Assembly: GCA_964632215.1 (NCBI GenBank)
Contig: CAZWBG010000001.1
Coordinates: 241,776 to 305,775, forward strand
DNA length: 64,000 nucleotides
Direction: 5' to 3'
From: an uncultured Candidatus Saccharibacteria bacterium
GTDB taxonomy: Bacteria; Patescibacteriota; Saccharimonadia; Saccharimonadales; UBA7683
Both the position numbers and the translations under genes were made by a program. Of this stretch, positions 1 to 10,319 are shown piece by piece (the stretch's first letter is position 1; each line of letters opens with the position of its first letter). Under the pieces are notes generated by a model. That model was not told where the DNA came from. It saw nothing but the letters and a program-made list of their open reading frames with translations, and did not search any database.

Positions 1-44
1 AGTCCTTTAATGTCAGCGTAGCAACCGGAATAGCCCTCTACAGC

Positions 45-3000
45 CTATTGAACAGCAACGGACTGCGGGTCAAAGAGTAGTTGTAGTTTCTGGGTTAGTT
101 CATCGTTAACACGTACCTTAAAAGGCATACGCAGAGCCGTTTTAGATGCATTTTCACCAAGCACAAGTATAACCTCGTCGTCCCCAGGATGCTCACTGGC
201 AGTTTGTTTGAGTGCTAGTAGCTTCTCGTTGTCGTTTGGATCTTTTAACTGCACGAATACTTTCTGGTTTTTGGGTGGTTCAGGTGTGCTCATAAGAGGT
301 GGTAAGCCCGAGGGCTTTGGCCTACTTGGCGTACCACCCTTTGGGGGCTTGGGTTTTTTGCCAGTCGTCTGATAGCTTTTAGCATCTTCTTCCGAGACGA
401 TATTTGCCTGGTCAACCAGAATCTTGAGTTCTTGACCCATATTACCTTCTCGGTCTTTATAGCTAACTTTACCCTTGGCAATAACAACCTGATCTTGCTG
501 CCATACAGAGTTGAGCTTTTCATAGACGCCTGGGAAGACAATAAGCTCGCACTCGCCAGTCTTATCTTCAATTTTCACAAAAGCCATCCGTGCCCCATTT
601 TTAGTATTAATAGAGCGAACGGTGGTTACTACGCCACCAATCGTGATAGCTTTGTTATCCATCGTGTTATTAATGGTGTCAATCGCGATAGTATTCTCCT
701 CTAGATAATCACCAAATCCATCAAGTGGATGACGACTAAGGTACAGCCCAAGCAGCTCTCGTTCGAAGAGTAACATATCGTGCTCCTTGAGTTGTTCAGG
801 TGCTTTTTCAAACGTAAACTGTGGCATAACACTTGGAGCGGCGGAATCCAGCCCACCAAATAAATCAGCCTGGTTCGTCTCCTTTGCTTTATGCAACTTT
901 GAGCCAAGGCTTAAGATATTATCTAGGTTAAATAAGAGGTCGCCACGTGATGCACTCATGGCGTCAAAGCCGCCAGATTTAATAAGACTCTCCCAAACTT
1001 TACGGTTTACTCGCCGCGTATCAACTCGTTGAATAAAGTCCATAAGATCCACAAATTTTTCACCCTCTTCTCGGGCTCGGATGATTTCTTCTACCGCACC
1101 AACGCCAACATTCTTGATAGCACTCATCCCGAAACGTATCTGTTTTTTGTCTTTCACAATAGCGAACTCAACATATGATTCATTTACGTCAGGGAGTAAC
1201 ACCTCAATGCCCATATGTCGGCATTCATTAATTTCAATTGCCAAACGGTCAATATCGTCTGCATCACTTGTCATCAAGGCTGCCATGAAGGCATCGGGGT
1301 AGTGTGCCTTCAAATATGCCGTCCAATAAGCAATGAGACCGTAGCAAGCAGCGTGTGATTTATTAAAACAGTAATTAGCGAACTCTTCGAGCTGATCCCA
1401 AAACTTCTCGGCAATTTCTTGCCTGGCACCACTCTGTTCCATAGCTCCTTGCACAAACTCAACCTTCACCTTACGCATAAGATCAATATTCTTCTTACCC
1501 ACCGCCTTACGGAGTGTATCTGCCTGACCACCAGTAAAGCCACACCACTCCTTAGAAATCTGCATAAACTGCTCTTGGTAGACTAAAATGCCGTAGGTAC
1601 TCTTGAGTGAATTTTCTAGGCCAGGGTGTAAGTAGGTAATCTGTTTCTGACCGTGTTTACGAGCAATAAAGTCACCGATGAACTGCATCGGACCAGGTCG
1701 ATACAGCGCCACCATAGCAACGATATCTTCAAACACTGTTGGCTTCAGTTCACGCAGGTATCGTTTCATACCGGCAGATTCCAACTGAAAAACACCAGTC
1801 GTGTCACCACGTTGAAAGAGCTCAAACGTCTTAAGATCATCTAGAGGAATCTCTTCTGGAACAATTGAGGTATTGTAAACTTTTTTAATTATACGAAGTG
1901 CGTTTCTAAGAATCGTTAAGTTGGAGAGACCCAAGAAATCCATCTTAAGCAATCCAAGATCCTCAACCGGACCCATAGGATACTGAGTAGAGACCACACC
2001 TTTTTGAGCCATTTCCAGTGGTATGAATTTCACTATGTCATCTGGTGCAATCACCACACCAGCCGCGTGAACACCGTGGCTTCGAACCGTACCTTCTAGA
2101 CGTACTGCCAGGTCTATAACCCGCTTAGCGGTTGGGTTGGTATCATACTCGCGCTTAAGATCAGGATCATCTTTAATACTGGTGGAGAGGAGTATGTGTC
2201 GGCCTTGTACGGGTGGCGGTATTAGTTTCGCAAGCTTATCAGCTTCGGCATAGGGCACTTCGAGCACGCGGGAAACGTCTCGCACAGCACCACGAGCAGC
2301 CATAGTACCAAACGTGACTATATTTGCCACCCTATCACGACCATACTTTTCAGCACAATATTCAATGACCTCATTACGGCGAGTATCTTGGATATCGATA
2401 TCAATATCAGGCATCGAGATACGATCTGGGTTGAGGAATCGTTCAAAGAGCAAATCATACTTAATTGGGTCTAACTCAGTGATACGAGTCGCGTAAGCCA
2501 CAATCGAACCAGCAGCAGAACCACGGCCTGGACCGAAGACAATACCCTGGTCTTTTCCCCAGTTGATGAAGTCCTGGACAATCAAGAAGTAGCCGTTAAA
2601 GCCCATGTTATCTATCACGCCAAGCTCAAACTTGGTACGCTCCAGGATCTCTGGCGGCAAAGTCTGTTGAGCTTCTTCCATAGTGATTCGCTTAGATCTT
2701 GCCTCTTCTACCCCCCCATAGCGCCAAGCTAGGCCTCGATAAACGAGCTTATGTAGGTAGCTCTTTTCGGTATCAATTTTAGGCACGGAGAACTTCGGAA
2801 TTAAAATCTTACCTAGCTCAAGCTCTACCTCACAACGATCAGCAATTGCCTTAGTATTTGTGATAACTTTCGGGTAGTCCTTACCCCATCGTTCAATCAG
2901 CTCTTCCGGGGTTGCTACGTGCAGCGGATAGTCTTTTAAGCTCATTCGGTTCTGGTCTGATAAATACGAGCCAGTTCCCACACAAAGTAGTGCCTCGTGG

Positions 3001-3695
3001 GCTTCTTGATCTTCATGCTTTAGGTAGTGCGCATCACAAGTCACCACCACGGGAATATCTAACTTCTTACCGAGCGCTAAAACACCTTCGTTAACCACTT
3101 GCTGTTCGTCACTGTGAATCGGGTTGTCTGGGTGCCCGTGGTCTTGAATTTCAAGATAATAGCGATCGCCCAGAATAGATTTGTACCAGCTTGCTAGTTC
3201 TTCAGCCTGCTTCGTTTGGCCATTCTTGATAGCCTGACCAATTTCACCACCCATACAGGCACTAAGCACAATTAAACCTTCGTTATATTGTTCCAGTAGA
3301 TCGTGGTCAATACGCGGATAGTAATAGAAGCCATCTAGGTTAGCGACCGTAGAGAGCTTCATAAGATTTTGGTAGCCCGTGTTGTTCATGGCTAAAATAA
3401 TCAGGTGGAAACGAGCCTTGTCTTTTTGAGGATCTTTATCGGTATGTTTACGCGAGGCAACATAGGCTTCGATACCAATAATGGGTTTTATTTTGGCTTC
3501 GTGGGCGGTCTTATAGAAGTCAATCGCACCTGAGAGCGTACCATGGTCGGTCATCGCCACTGCCTGCATACCGTGTTCTTTCACAAAGTCTATAAGTTGC
3601 GGAATTTTTGTCAGACCATCAAGCAAACTATACTGCGTATGGTTATGCAGATGAACGTAGTCACTTGGTTGTAGTGCTCCCCCACTTTTTGACAT
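45..3695 (-). CDS. dnaE: DNA polymerase III alpha subunit (DnaE) with a Pro/Lys-rich C-terminal extension
   Basis: The N-terminus has PHP-domain motifs (HLHNHTQYSLLDG, MTDHGTLSG) and the protein is ~1215 aa with polymerase-core similarity along its length. The ORF in the track starts at 3740, but the likely start is the internal ATG at 3695 (MSKSGG). Confidence 0.9.
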   Translation of the reverse strand: MSKSGGALQPSDYVHLHNHTQYSLLDGLTKIPQLIDFVKEHGMQAVAMTDHGTLSGAIDFYKTAHEAKIKPIIGIEAYVASRKHTDKDPQKDKARFHLIILAMNNTGYQNLMKLSTVANLDGFYYYPRIDHDLLEQYNEGLIVLSACMGGEIGQAIKNGQTKQAEELASWYKSILGDRYYLEIQDHGHPDNPIHSDEQQVVNEGVLALGKKLDIPVVVTCDAHYLKHEDQEAHEALLCVGTGSYLSDQNRMSLKDYPLHVATPEELIERWGKDYPKVITNTKAIADRCEVELELGKILIPKFSVPKIDTEKSYLHKLVYRGLAWRYGGVEEARSKRITMEEAQQTLPPEILERTKFELGVIDNMGFNGYFLIVQDFINWGKDQGIVFGPGRGSAAGSIVAYATRITELDPIKYDLLFERFLNPDRISMPDIDIDIQDTRRNEVIEYCAEKYGRDRVANIVTFGTMAARGAVRDVSRVLEVPYAEADKLAKLIPPPVQGRHILLSTSIKDDPDLKREYDTNPTAKRVIDLAVRLEGTVRSHGVHAAGVVIAPDDIVKFIPLEMAQKGVVSTQYPMGPVEDLGLLKMDFLGLSNLTILRNALRIIKKVYNTSIVPEEIPLDDLKTFELFQRGDTTGVFQLESAGMKRYLRELKPTVFEDIVAMVALYRPGPMQFIGDFIARKHGQKQITYLHPGLENSLKSTYGILVYQEQFMQISKEWCGFTGGQADTLRKAVGKKNIDLMRKVKVEFVQGAMEQSGARQEIAEKFWDQLEEFANYCFNKSHAACYGLIAYWTAYLKAHYPDAFMAALMTSDADDIDRLAIEINECRHMGIEVLLPDVNESYVEFAIVKDKKQIRFGMSAIKNVGVGAVEEIIRAREEGEKFVDLMDFIQRVDTRRVNRKVWESLIKSGGFDAMSASRGDLLFNLDNILSLGSKLHKAKETNQADLFGGLDSAAPSVMPQFTFEKAPEQLKEHDMLLFERELLGLYLSRHPLDGFGDYLEENTIAIDTINNTMDNKAITIGGVVTTVRSINTKNGARMAFVKIEDKTGECELIVFPGVYEKLNSVWQQDQVVIAKGKVSYKDREGNMGQELKILVDQANIVSEEDAKSYQTTGKKPKPPKGGTPSRPKPSGLPPLMSTPEPPKNQKVFVQLKDPNDNEKLLALKQTASEHPGDDEVILVLGENASKTALRMPFKVRVNDELTQKLQLLFDPQSVAVQ

Positions 3696-3766
3696 GATAT
3701 GTATAGTATACCAGTTAAGTCTCCCCGTGAGGATTATCATCGTATTGTAGCGTATACTTATAAGTA

Positions 3767-4852
3767 ATGTTGGGAGTTACATCATTATCGCTTAATCAGG
3801 TGCGTTCACATAAGAAGGCAGAATTTCACTTTACCCAGGGTATGAATGCAATTGTTGGGCCGAATGGTAGTGGTAAAACTACTGTTTTGGAAGCACTCTA
3901 TACTCTTATGAAGGGTAGTAGCTTTCGCGGTAGTATTGGTGAGCTTGCTCAATATGGTAGCAATGAATTTCAGATGCTCATGAATCTCACAACACCTGCC
4001 ACAACTCATAAACGCTCACTTGGTTACCAGCAAGTTGGAAGTTCTGCTCTTAAAAAATGGATGATTGATGAAAAAAAATATACTCGGTTACCGATTGCTC
4101 GGCGCCTACCAGTTGTACTCTTCGAACCTGATCTTGGGCGGCTTATTACCGGGAGCCCTGAGCGTCGCCGGCAGTACCTGGACCACATTGCTGCTCAGCT
4201 ATCGCTTGAAGCTGCGCAGAACCAAAGTCGCTTTGAGCGGACACTTCGGCAGCGCAACCAGCTGCTAAAAAAACTCTCGGGAAGAAGCATCACACAAACT
4301 CCTGACGAGCTGTTTGTATGGGATACACAACTCGTTCATCTGAGTGAACAAATTGTACTGAATCGACTAAAGGTTATAGATGCCCTGCGTGAACATATTA
4401 GTACTTATTACCGTCAACTCGGCGGGGTAGATGAAGTGTTCTTAACCTATGCAAGTAGTGTTGGTACCGATCCAGCATTTTACGCAGCTCGTTTGCAGCA
4501 ATTTCTTGAGACGAGTCTACCGCGCGACCTTGCTTTGGGATACACCAGCTTCGGCCCGCACCGTGACGATCTAGAGATACATTTAGCTGATCAGTTAGCA
4601 GTCGAACGTGCCAGCCGAGGAGAAATCCGCAGCATGGTACTAGCTTGCAAACTACTCGAAGCCGAGCTACTGGCTCAGCACTTTATGAATGAAGACTTGA
4701 AGCCGGTGTTGCTACTTGATGACGTACTCAGTGAACTTGACCTCGTTCATCAAGAGAGAGTCTTAGAAGGCTTTAAAGATTACCAGGTCTTCATCACTAC
4801 TACCGATGCCCACACGCTCACACCTGGCACCCACACCATCGCGCTTTCTTAA
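3767..4852 (+). CDS. recF: DNA replication/repair protein RecF
   Basis: N-terminal Walker A (GPNGSGKTTVLEA) in an SMC-like ~360-aa protein. C-terminal LLLDDVLSELD signature. Sits immediately downstream of dnaE. Confidence 0.85.
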   Translation: MLGVTSLSLNQVRSHKKAEFHFTQGMNAIVGPNGSGKTTVLEALYTLMKGSSFRGSIGELAQYGSNEFQMLMNLTTPATTHKRSLGYQQVGSSALKKWMIDEKKYTRLPIARRLPVVLFEPDLGRLITGSPERRRQYLDHIAAQLSLEAAQNQSRFERTLRQRNQLLKKLSGRSITQTPDELFVWDTQLVHLSEQIVLNRLKVIDALREHISTYYRQLGGVDEVFLTYASSVGTDPAFYAARLQQFLETSLPRDLALGYTSFGPHRDDLEIHLADQLAVERASRGEIRSMVLACKLLEAELLAQHFMNEDLKPVLLLDDVLSELDLVHQERVLEGFKDYQVFITTTDAHTLTPGTHTIALS

Positions 4853-4896
4853 TAGACAAGGTATCTCCGCCATGCCTGCTATTTATCACTTTAATA

Positions 4897-4925
4897 TTGA
4901 CATTTCATTATGCTTATGCTATAAT
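4897..4925 (+). promoter_or_regulatory. Near-consensus sigma70-type promoter (TTGACA-17 nt-TATAAT)
   Basis: TTGACA at 4897-4902 and TATAAT at 4920-4925 with a 17-nt spacer, ~50 nt upstream of the 4978 ORF. Confidence 0.4.
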
Positions 4926-4977
4926 TGATACCAGTTCATCAAATTGATGGGCTCGTACCTCAGTAGGAGCAGTCTTC

Positions 4978-5253
4978 ATGCTTACAAAGCAAGAAATGCA
5001 AGATAAATGCTTCAGGGCGACGTGCCGTGCTGTCTTGAGTGGCACATGTGCAGTCCTGATTGCCGCCTTCGCGATACTCACGATCGTGGGAAGTATCATG
5101 CGCAACAAGGAGCCGAATGCTTTCATAGTGATCTTCTGGCTAACAAGCTCGGTTCTCTTGGTGGCAAACACCGTAGTAATGATTCGCTATGTAGCAACAG
5201 TCGTCTACTGGACTATCCAGTTGGAGAAGCAAGCCGTAGACGAGAAAGTGTGA
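4978..5253 (+). CDS. Small two-TM membrane protein, hypothetical
   Basis: 91-aa ORF with two hydrophobic helices, preceded by the consensus promoter. Competing antisense ORFs are less plausible. Confidence 0.4.
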   Translation: MLTKQEMQDKCFRATCRAVLSGTCAVLIAAFAILTIVGSIMRNKEPNAFIVIFWLTSSVLLVANTVVMIRYVATVVYWTIQLEKQAVDEKV

Positions 5254-5448
5254 TGTTCCTAGAGGTACCCTTTGGGTAAAGACGACCAGAATGCGCAAGC
5301 AATTGCTGCACGAAAAACTGGAACCCCAAAGGACAAACCGTACGTATACTTCGTGATCCAAATGGATTGCACACAAGTACCACGTACGGTTTTTTCAATT
5401 TATAAGCTTTATTAATTTAAGTTTAGCTAGACTTTGCCAGAGTGTAAC

Positions 5449-5850
5449 CTAGCTCTTAAGCTTGGTTACTACTTTGGTCTTGAGAGCCATGAAGTCTTTT
5501 ACGAGCTGGTCGAGCGTTGCCTCGTCGTCTTCGTCGTCACCACTTTTAATAGAGGTGATTGCGGCCTTAGTTCGTTCTTTAAGCTCGTCCGCTTTTTTAG
5601 CAAGCTCGTTCAACTCTTCTTTAGCTTTGCCCTGCACGGTCTTTGCTTTTTCTTTAAGCTCCTCTGAGAGCGTACCCAACTCTTTGTGCGCGTCTTTCAA
5701 TTTCCGCTCAAGCGAACCTTTTACTTCTTGGGCTCTCTTCTTAATGTCTTCACGAGTTTCTTTACCGCTCTTAGGTGCTGTTAATAGTCCAGCTATAACA
5801 CCAACAACGCTACCGATAACAATTCCGAGTCCTAACTTTTGCTTTGACAT
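5449..5850 (-). CDS. YtxH-like (DUF948-associated) general stress protein
   Basis: N-terminal GxxxG-rich helix (GIVIGSVVGVIAGLLTAPKSGKETRE) followed by a long charged coiled coil. Typical YtxH architecture. Confidence 0.6.
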   Translation of the reverse strand: MSKQKLGLGIVIGSVVGVIAGLLTAPKSGKETREDIKKRAQEVKGSLERKLKDAHKELGTLSEELKEKAKTVQGKAKEELNELAKKADELKERTKAAITSIKSGDDEDDEATLDQLVKDFMALKTKVVTKLKS

Positions 5851-5852
5851 AC

Positions 5853-6113
5853 TTATTCTCCTTTTTTAGATCTATTATTCACAGCTTGCTGCACTGTATC
5901 AATAACAAACCGCGCTACCGCTGCGGGAGCTGCAGCCTTTCCAATAGTACTGGCAATATTGCTCGCGTTGGAAACGATGCTATTTGCCTTATCCGATATA
6001 TCTTTGAGATTCTTGACGAGTTTTAGAACGTAAACCAATATGATAATTGATAGTAAAAGAAAAATTGCTAGAAAAACCGAGAGTATGATAACTAAAATTC
6101 CGTATGCGTCCAT
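5853..6113 (-). CDS. DUF948-type membrane protein (YtxG-like)
   Basis: N-terminal TM segment then a short helical domain. Sits adjacent to the YtxH-like gene, as in ytxG-ytxH pairs. Confidence 0.5.
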   Translation of the reverse strand: MDAYGILVIILSVFLAIFLLLSIIILVYVLKLVKNLKDISDKANSIVSNASNIASTIGKAAAPAAVARFVIDTVQQAVNNRSKKGE

Positions 6114-6165
6114 GAAAATAGTATATCATTATAGGTCAATCTCCCCAAGCTGCTATTGTTTTATC

Positions 6166-7614
6166 TTACTCTAAGCCGAGTTGTTTTTTAATGATCTGCT
6201 GGGCTAAGCCTGGGTTAGCTTGTCCTTTTGATTCCTTCATAACTTGGCCAACCAAAAAACCAATTGCTTTCATTTCGCCGTTTTGTACGTCTTGAGCCGC
6301 CTGAGCATTGTCTTTAAGAACCTGAGCAACAATCTTATCGACTGCCGACTCATCTGATACTTGTAATAAGTTCTTCTGCTTGGCCACCGTTTCCGGATCC
6401 TTGCCAGCAATAACCTCAGGTAGCAGCTCTTTCGCAGCGGTGGAACTCAGTTTCTTATCATGAAACATCTGAGCCAGCTTTATGAAACCCTCGGGATGTG
6501 CCACAACTGCGTCCCAGTCATATACACCATCACTCACTGCCTTGAGTACATCACCCGTAAGCCAGTTAGCAATGATCTTGGTGGTCGGCGTATCATCTGT
6601 AAGTTGTACAACAAACTGTGCTACTCGTGGTTCGTCTAGCAGTAGCTCTATACGCGATTCATCTACACCCACTGCTTTAAGCTTTAATCTTAAGGCAGGC
6701 GGAAGTTCAGGCATAGCGGTTTTTACATCTTGAATATATGCCTCGCTAATTACAATAGGTGGCACATCTGGTTCTGGCATATATCGGTAATCATGGGCGT
6801 CTTCTTTGGTGCGTTGTGAGAACGTTTTTTGCTTAGCATCATCCCAGCCACGAGTCTCTTGCACTACTTCTTCACCTTTTTCGAGTAATTCAATCTGCCG
6901 ATCAATTTCATACTCAACTGCTCGTTCAACAGAGCGGAATGAATTCAAGTTTTTGGTCTCACTTCGAGTCCCAAGAGTATTCGGGTCTTTACTAACGCTG
7001 ACGTTCACATCAAAACGCATATTTCCGTGGTACAAATCAGCTTCACTGACACCCGCATATTTAATGAGTAGCCATAGCTCGTGAGCAAAGGCTCGGGCCT
7101 CAGCAGCACTATGCATATCAGGCTCAGAGACTATCTCTAGCAGTGGAGTACCAGCTCGGTTTAGATCTACCAGGCTGTAGTCAGCTCCTGCTGGGTGTGT
7201 TGATTTACCCGCATCTTCCTCTAGGTGTGCTCGAGTGATACCAATCCGCTTTGTTTCATCGTCCACCACAATATCTACATAGCCGCCTAAAATAATAGGT
7301 TCTTCAAATTGGCTAATCTGATAACCCTTGGGTAGGTCGGGATAAAAATAGTGTTTTCTATCAAACTTACTAAATTTTTGTGGCTCAGTTGCTAGCGCAA
7401 AAGCTGTTTTTGTAGCCAGCTCTACAACTTTTTCATTCAAGACCGGCAGGGCTCCTGGCACACCAAAGCTAATATGACCAACTACCGTGTTGGGTGGTTG
7501 CTCTCGAGCGTCGTTACTCTCACCCGCAAAAAGCTTACTCTTAGTATTAAGCTGCACGTGACACTCAATACCTATTGTGGGTATGTACTGGTTACGTGTT
7601 TCATTTGAGATCAT
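6166..7614 (-). CDS. gatB: Asp/Glu-tRNA amidotransferase subunit B
   Basis: 482 aa with the GatB N-terminal motif (PTIGIECHVQLNTKSKLF) and a C-terminal YqeY-like tail. Confidence 0.9.
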   Translation of the reverse strand: MISNETRNQYIPTIGIECHVQLNTKSKLFAGESNDAREQPPNTVVGHISFGVPGALPVLNEKVVELATKTAFALATEPQKFSKFDRKHYFYPDLPKGYQISQFEEPIILGGYVDIVVDDETKRIGITRAHLEEDAGKSTHPAGADYSLVDLNRAGTPLLEIVSEPDMHSAAEARAFAHELWLLIKYAGVSEADLYHGNMRFDVNVSVSKDPNTLGTRSETKNLNSFRSVERAVEYEIDRQIELLEKGEEVVQETRGWDDAKQKTFSQRTKEDAHDYRYMPEPDVPPIVISEAYIQDVKTAMPELPPALRLKLKAVGVDESRIELLLDEPRVAQFVVQLTDDTPTTKIIANWLTGDVLKAVSDGVYDWDAVVAHPEGFIKLAQMFHDKKLSSTAAKELLPEVIAGKDPETVAKQKNLLQVSDESAVDKIVAQVLKDNAQAAQDVQNGEMKAIGFLVGQVMKESKGQANPGLAQQIIKKQLGLE

Positions 7615-7690
7615 AGCTCCCCCTTACTGAATGCAATACCGACAACTTCTTTAAGCTGTGAATAGTAAACCGTAAGCGGTAAATGGATCT

Positions 7691-8083
7691 TCATAGTGCT
7701 CCCAGATCTTTTAAAGCTTTTTTAAACTGTCGCAAAGAGCGTTTGGTATCAGGTATGTTCAGTGTAGTGCCGGGTTCATGCACCGCACGGTTACGTAGTT
7801 TATGGGCAGCCCATGTACCATTAATGTCTCGCAAAAGTCCGCGAGAATTATTTAAGCGTTCGCCCATCGTGTCGCCCTTAATACCAGCTCGTTTGAGTGC
7901 TTCATCTACCAAGCTATCAGCATGCACCAAAGCAGCCATCGGATTCGATTCCTTTTCTATCTTATCCCAATGCTTAATAAAGTAAGTTTTGTTAAGACGT
8001 GGCTTCTGTAGGCGCGAGACGAGGAAGATCATTACCAATAAAAAAGCTGCTATGGCCAAGAGTACTAATAGGCTTGTATTCAT
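7691..8083 (-). CDS. Hypothetical membrane-anchored protein inserted between gatA and gatB
   Basis: 130 aa with an N-terminal TM helix. Its start overlaps the gatA stop by 4 bp. No recognisable family; an Rx4H-like RNRAVHEP motif was noted. Confidence 0.45.
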   Translation of the reverse strand: MNTSLLVLLAIAAFLLVMIFLVSRLQKPRLNKTYFIKHWDKIEKESNPMAALVHADSLVDEALKRAGIKGDTMGERLNNSRGLLRDINGTWAAHKLRNRAVHEPGTTLNIPDTKRSLRQFKKALKDLGAL

Positions 8084-9531
8084 GCAACCAATCCTTCGTA
8101 TGCGCGAGAAACTTCCAGTAGAGCACGGTCCCTATGTTGTGGCGCCATCAGCTGCAGGCCAACTGGCATGCCTTCGCTCGTACCACATGGCACGCTTATA
8201 GCTGGGATACCAACTAGACTTGCCGCAACAGTCATGATGTCAGTCAAGTAAATGGAGAGCGGGTCGCTGTGGGCACCAAGTTCAAAAGCAGTCTCTGGAG
8301 CCGTTGGTCCTGCCAGAAAATCAACTTGTTTGAAAGCCGTCTTAAACTCTTCAATTAATTTTGTACGAACAGTTTGGGCTTTTTTGTAATAGGCGTCGTA
8401 GTAGCCGCTAGAAAGTACATAGGTACCTATCATAATGCGCCGCTTGGCTTCTTGACCAAAACCTTGATCACGACTAAGTTCATAGCTCTCCTCAAGCGTT
8501 GTTGCCTCTTCGGCCGTAAAGCCAAATCGCTGTCCGTCGTAGCGAGCTAAATTGCTACTCACCTCAGCCGGACAAATAATATAATAGACAGCAAGTGCGA
8601 GTGGCAGACTTGGTAAACTAATATCGATAAGTTCAGCTCCAGCAGCTTCCATAGCTCCTAAACCTTTCTGGATCTTGCTCTTCACATCATCATCTAAACC
8701 TTCTTCAAAATACTCTTTAATCACCCCGATCTTTTTGCCCTTTAGATCTTCCGATTGACTCGGTAGCAAGTAACCAGCAGTATCTCGAGGGATGGTAGTT
8801 GAATCAAGAGGATCTTGCCCAGCAATAATATCGAGTATCACAGCTGCATCTCTGACAGTTTGGGTGAGCGGACCAACAACATCAGTACTACTTGCCATAG
8901 CAACCACACCACTCCTACTAACGAGTCCGTAGGTAGGTTTCAGACCTACCACACCACAAAAGCTAGCAGGTAGCCGAATTGAACCACCAGTATCAGTACC
9001 GAGCGCAAATGGTGCTAAACTCAGAGCCACTGCCGCAGCGGACCCACCACTACTACCACCAGGTACTTTGGTGATATCGTGTGGGTTTTTGGTTGTAAAA
9101 AAATCACTATTTTCAGTACTCGAACCGTGCGCAAAAGCATCAAGATTAGCCTTAGCCACACAAATTGCACCTTCAGCTTCCAGTTTCTCAATCACCGTTG
9201 CCTGATAAGGAGCTTCAAATCCCTTTAAGATATTGCTCGCCGCAGTTGTCTCGGCACCAAAGACTAAAAAGTTATCTTTCGCAATAAAAGGTATTCCAGC
9301 TAATCGGCCAACTTGTTCACCTTTCGCAACTCGTTCATCAACTTCTTTTGCCTGCATTCGAGCTTGCTCCCCAAGCGTTACAATAACTGACTGGAACTCT
9401 TTATGCTCCTCGATGTGCTCTAATGATTTCTCAACAAGTTGCGTGCTTGTATAGGTGCCGTCTTGTACTTTTGATGCAAGAACCTCAAGAGGTTCCCAAA
9501 ATAGCGTGCCGTCTTCTTGGTGATGACTCAT
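8080..9531 (-). CDS. gatA: Glutamyl-tRNA(Gln) amidotransferase subunit A (amidase family)
   Basis: Amidase signature GGSSGGSAAAVA, 483 aa. Confidence 0.9.
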   Translation of the reverse strand: MSHHQEDGTLFWEPLEVLASKVQDGTYTSTQLVEKSLEHIEEHKEFQSVIVTLGEQARMQAKEVDERVAKGEQVGRLAGIPFIAKDNFLVFGAETTAASNILKGFEAPYQATVIEKLEAEGAICVAKANLDAFAHGSSTENSDFFTTKNPHDITKVPGGSSGGSAAAVALSLAPFALGTDTGGSIRLPASFCGVVGLKPTYGLVSRSGVVAMASSTDVVGPLTQTVRDAAVILDIIAGQDPLDSTTIPRDTAGYLLPSQSEDLKGKKIGVIKEYFEEGLDDDVKSKIQKGLGAMEAAGAELIDISLPSLPLALAVYYIICPAEVSSNLARYDGQRFGFTAEEATTLEESYELSRDQGFGQEAKRRIMIGTYVLSSGYYDAYYKKAQTVRTKLIEEFKTAFKQVDFLAGPTAPETAFELGAHSDPLSIYLTDIMTVAASLVGIPAISVPCGTSEGMPVGLQLMAPQHRDRALLEVSRAYEGLVA

Positions 9532-9830
9532 GAGATCATCCTCTGCACCTTAATATGACCATCTTGTACTTTCGGAACGTTCTTCAAAAGCTCCTCACCA
9601 CTGCGTTGCTGAGTTACTTCGTCTTTGCGAGTTGCATTAGCATCGTTACTCGTAAGACCTGTCACTTGGTAAGTTGGCTTTAATCCCGCGGTATCAACAC
9701 CATCAAGTTGCTTTACATACTCTAAAATATCCCCAAGTTCTTCTTGGTACTGAACAACCTCTTCATCACTTAGATGGAGCCGACTCAAACGAGCCAATTT
9801 TAATATTTCTTCTTTCGAAAGCTTAATCAT
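9528..9830 (-). CDS. gatC: Asp/Glu-tRNA amidotransferase subunit C
   Basis: ~100 aa. MIKLSKEEILKLARLSRLHLSDEE matches the GatC N-terminus. The 4-bp overlap with gatA indicates translational coupling. Confidence 0.8.
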   Translation of the reverse strand: MIKLSKEEILKLARLSRLHLSDEEVVQYQEELGDILEYVKQLDGVDTAGLKPTYQVTGLTSNDANATRKDEVTQQRSGEELLKNVPKVQDGHIKVQRMIS

Positions 9831-9975
9831 ATAATTGACCATTATATCACCATTCTACAGATGTGTAACCTTGACAAAGTATTATTTTAGTACAATAATT
9901 TAGATTAAATTTTCGGGTATTCGCTGAAGGTTCGCTCTTTTACTCGCTAGCAAAACAGAAAGGCTCGTACAACCA

Positions 9976-10173
9976 ATGCTTTTCGTTCTTCTCCTAGTAG
10001 TAATTGCCGTTGCGGTCTACGCCATACTGGATACACTGGTGTACGGTATCAGATCACACTTAAACCCTAATGACACTGTCCTGTCAGAAAGATTCAAGTC
10101 AGACATGCGTATACTCATCCCTCTCGCGGTATTAGTGGCCTTTATCGGCTTTTTACAGACCATGCCACCTTAG
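9976..10173 (+). CDS. Small hydrophobic protein, hypothetical
   Basis: 65-aa ORF with two hydrophobic segments. Weak support. Confidence 0.25.
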   Translation: MLFVLLLVVIAVAVYAILDTLVYGIRSHLNPNDTVLSERFKSDMRILIPLAVLVAFIGFLQTMPP

Positions 10174-10319
10174 TACCACTCCATACTACGAAAGGAAGGT
10201 GCTATGAACGACGAAACCCCATAAGTAAAATCACTCTTAGGAGGACTTCTTCTATACCGCAGTTAACATATAGCTGTGATCTTGTCTCTTTTGGGTGATT
10301 TATAGATTGCGTTGCCCTG

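Noticed and set aside
290-3094. Multiple 60-100-aa ORFs on the plus strand and antisense inside dnaE (290-571, 432-704, 701-907, 787-1032, 1081-1302, 1653-1844, 2314-2496, 2912-3094)
   Set aside because: All are fully embedded in or antisense to a long, well-supported dnaE reading frame and show no motifs. They are typical spurious ORFs.
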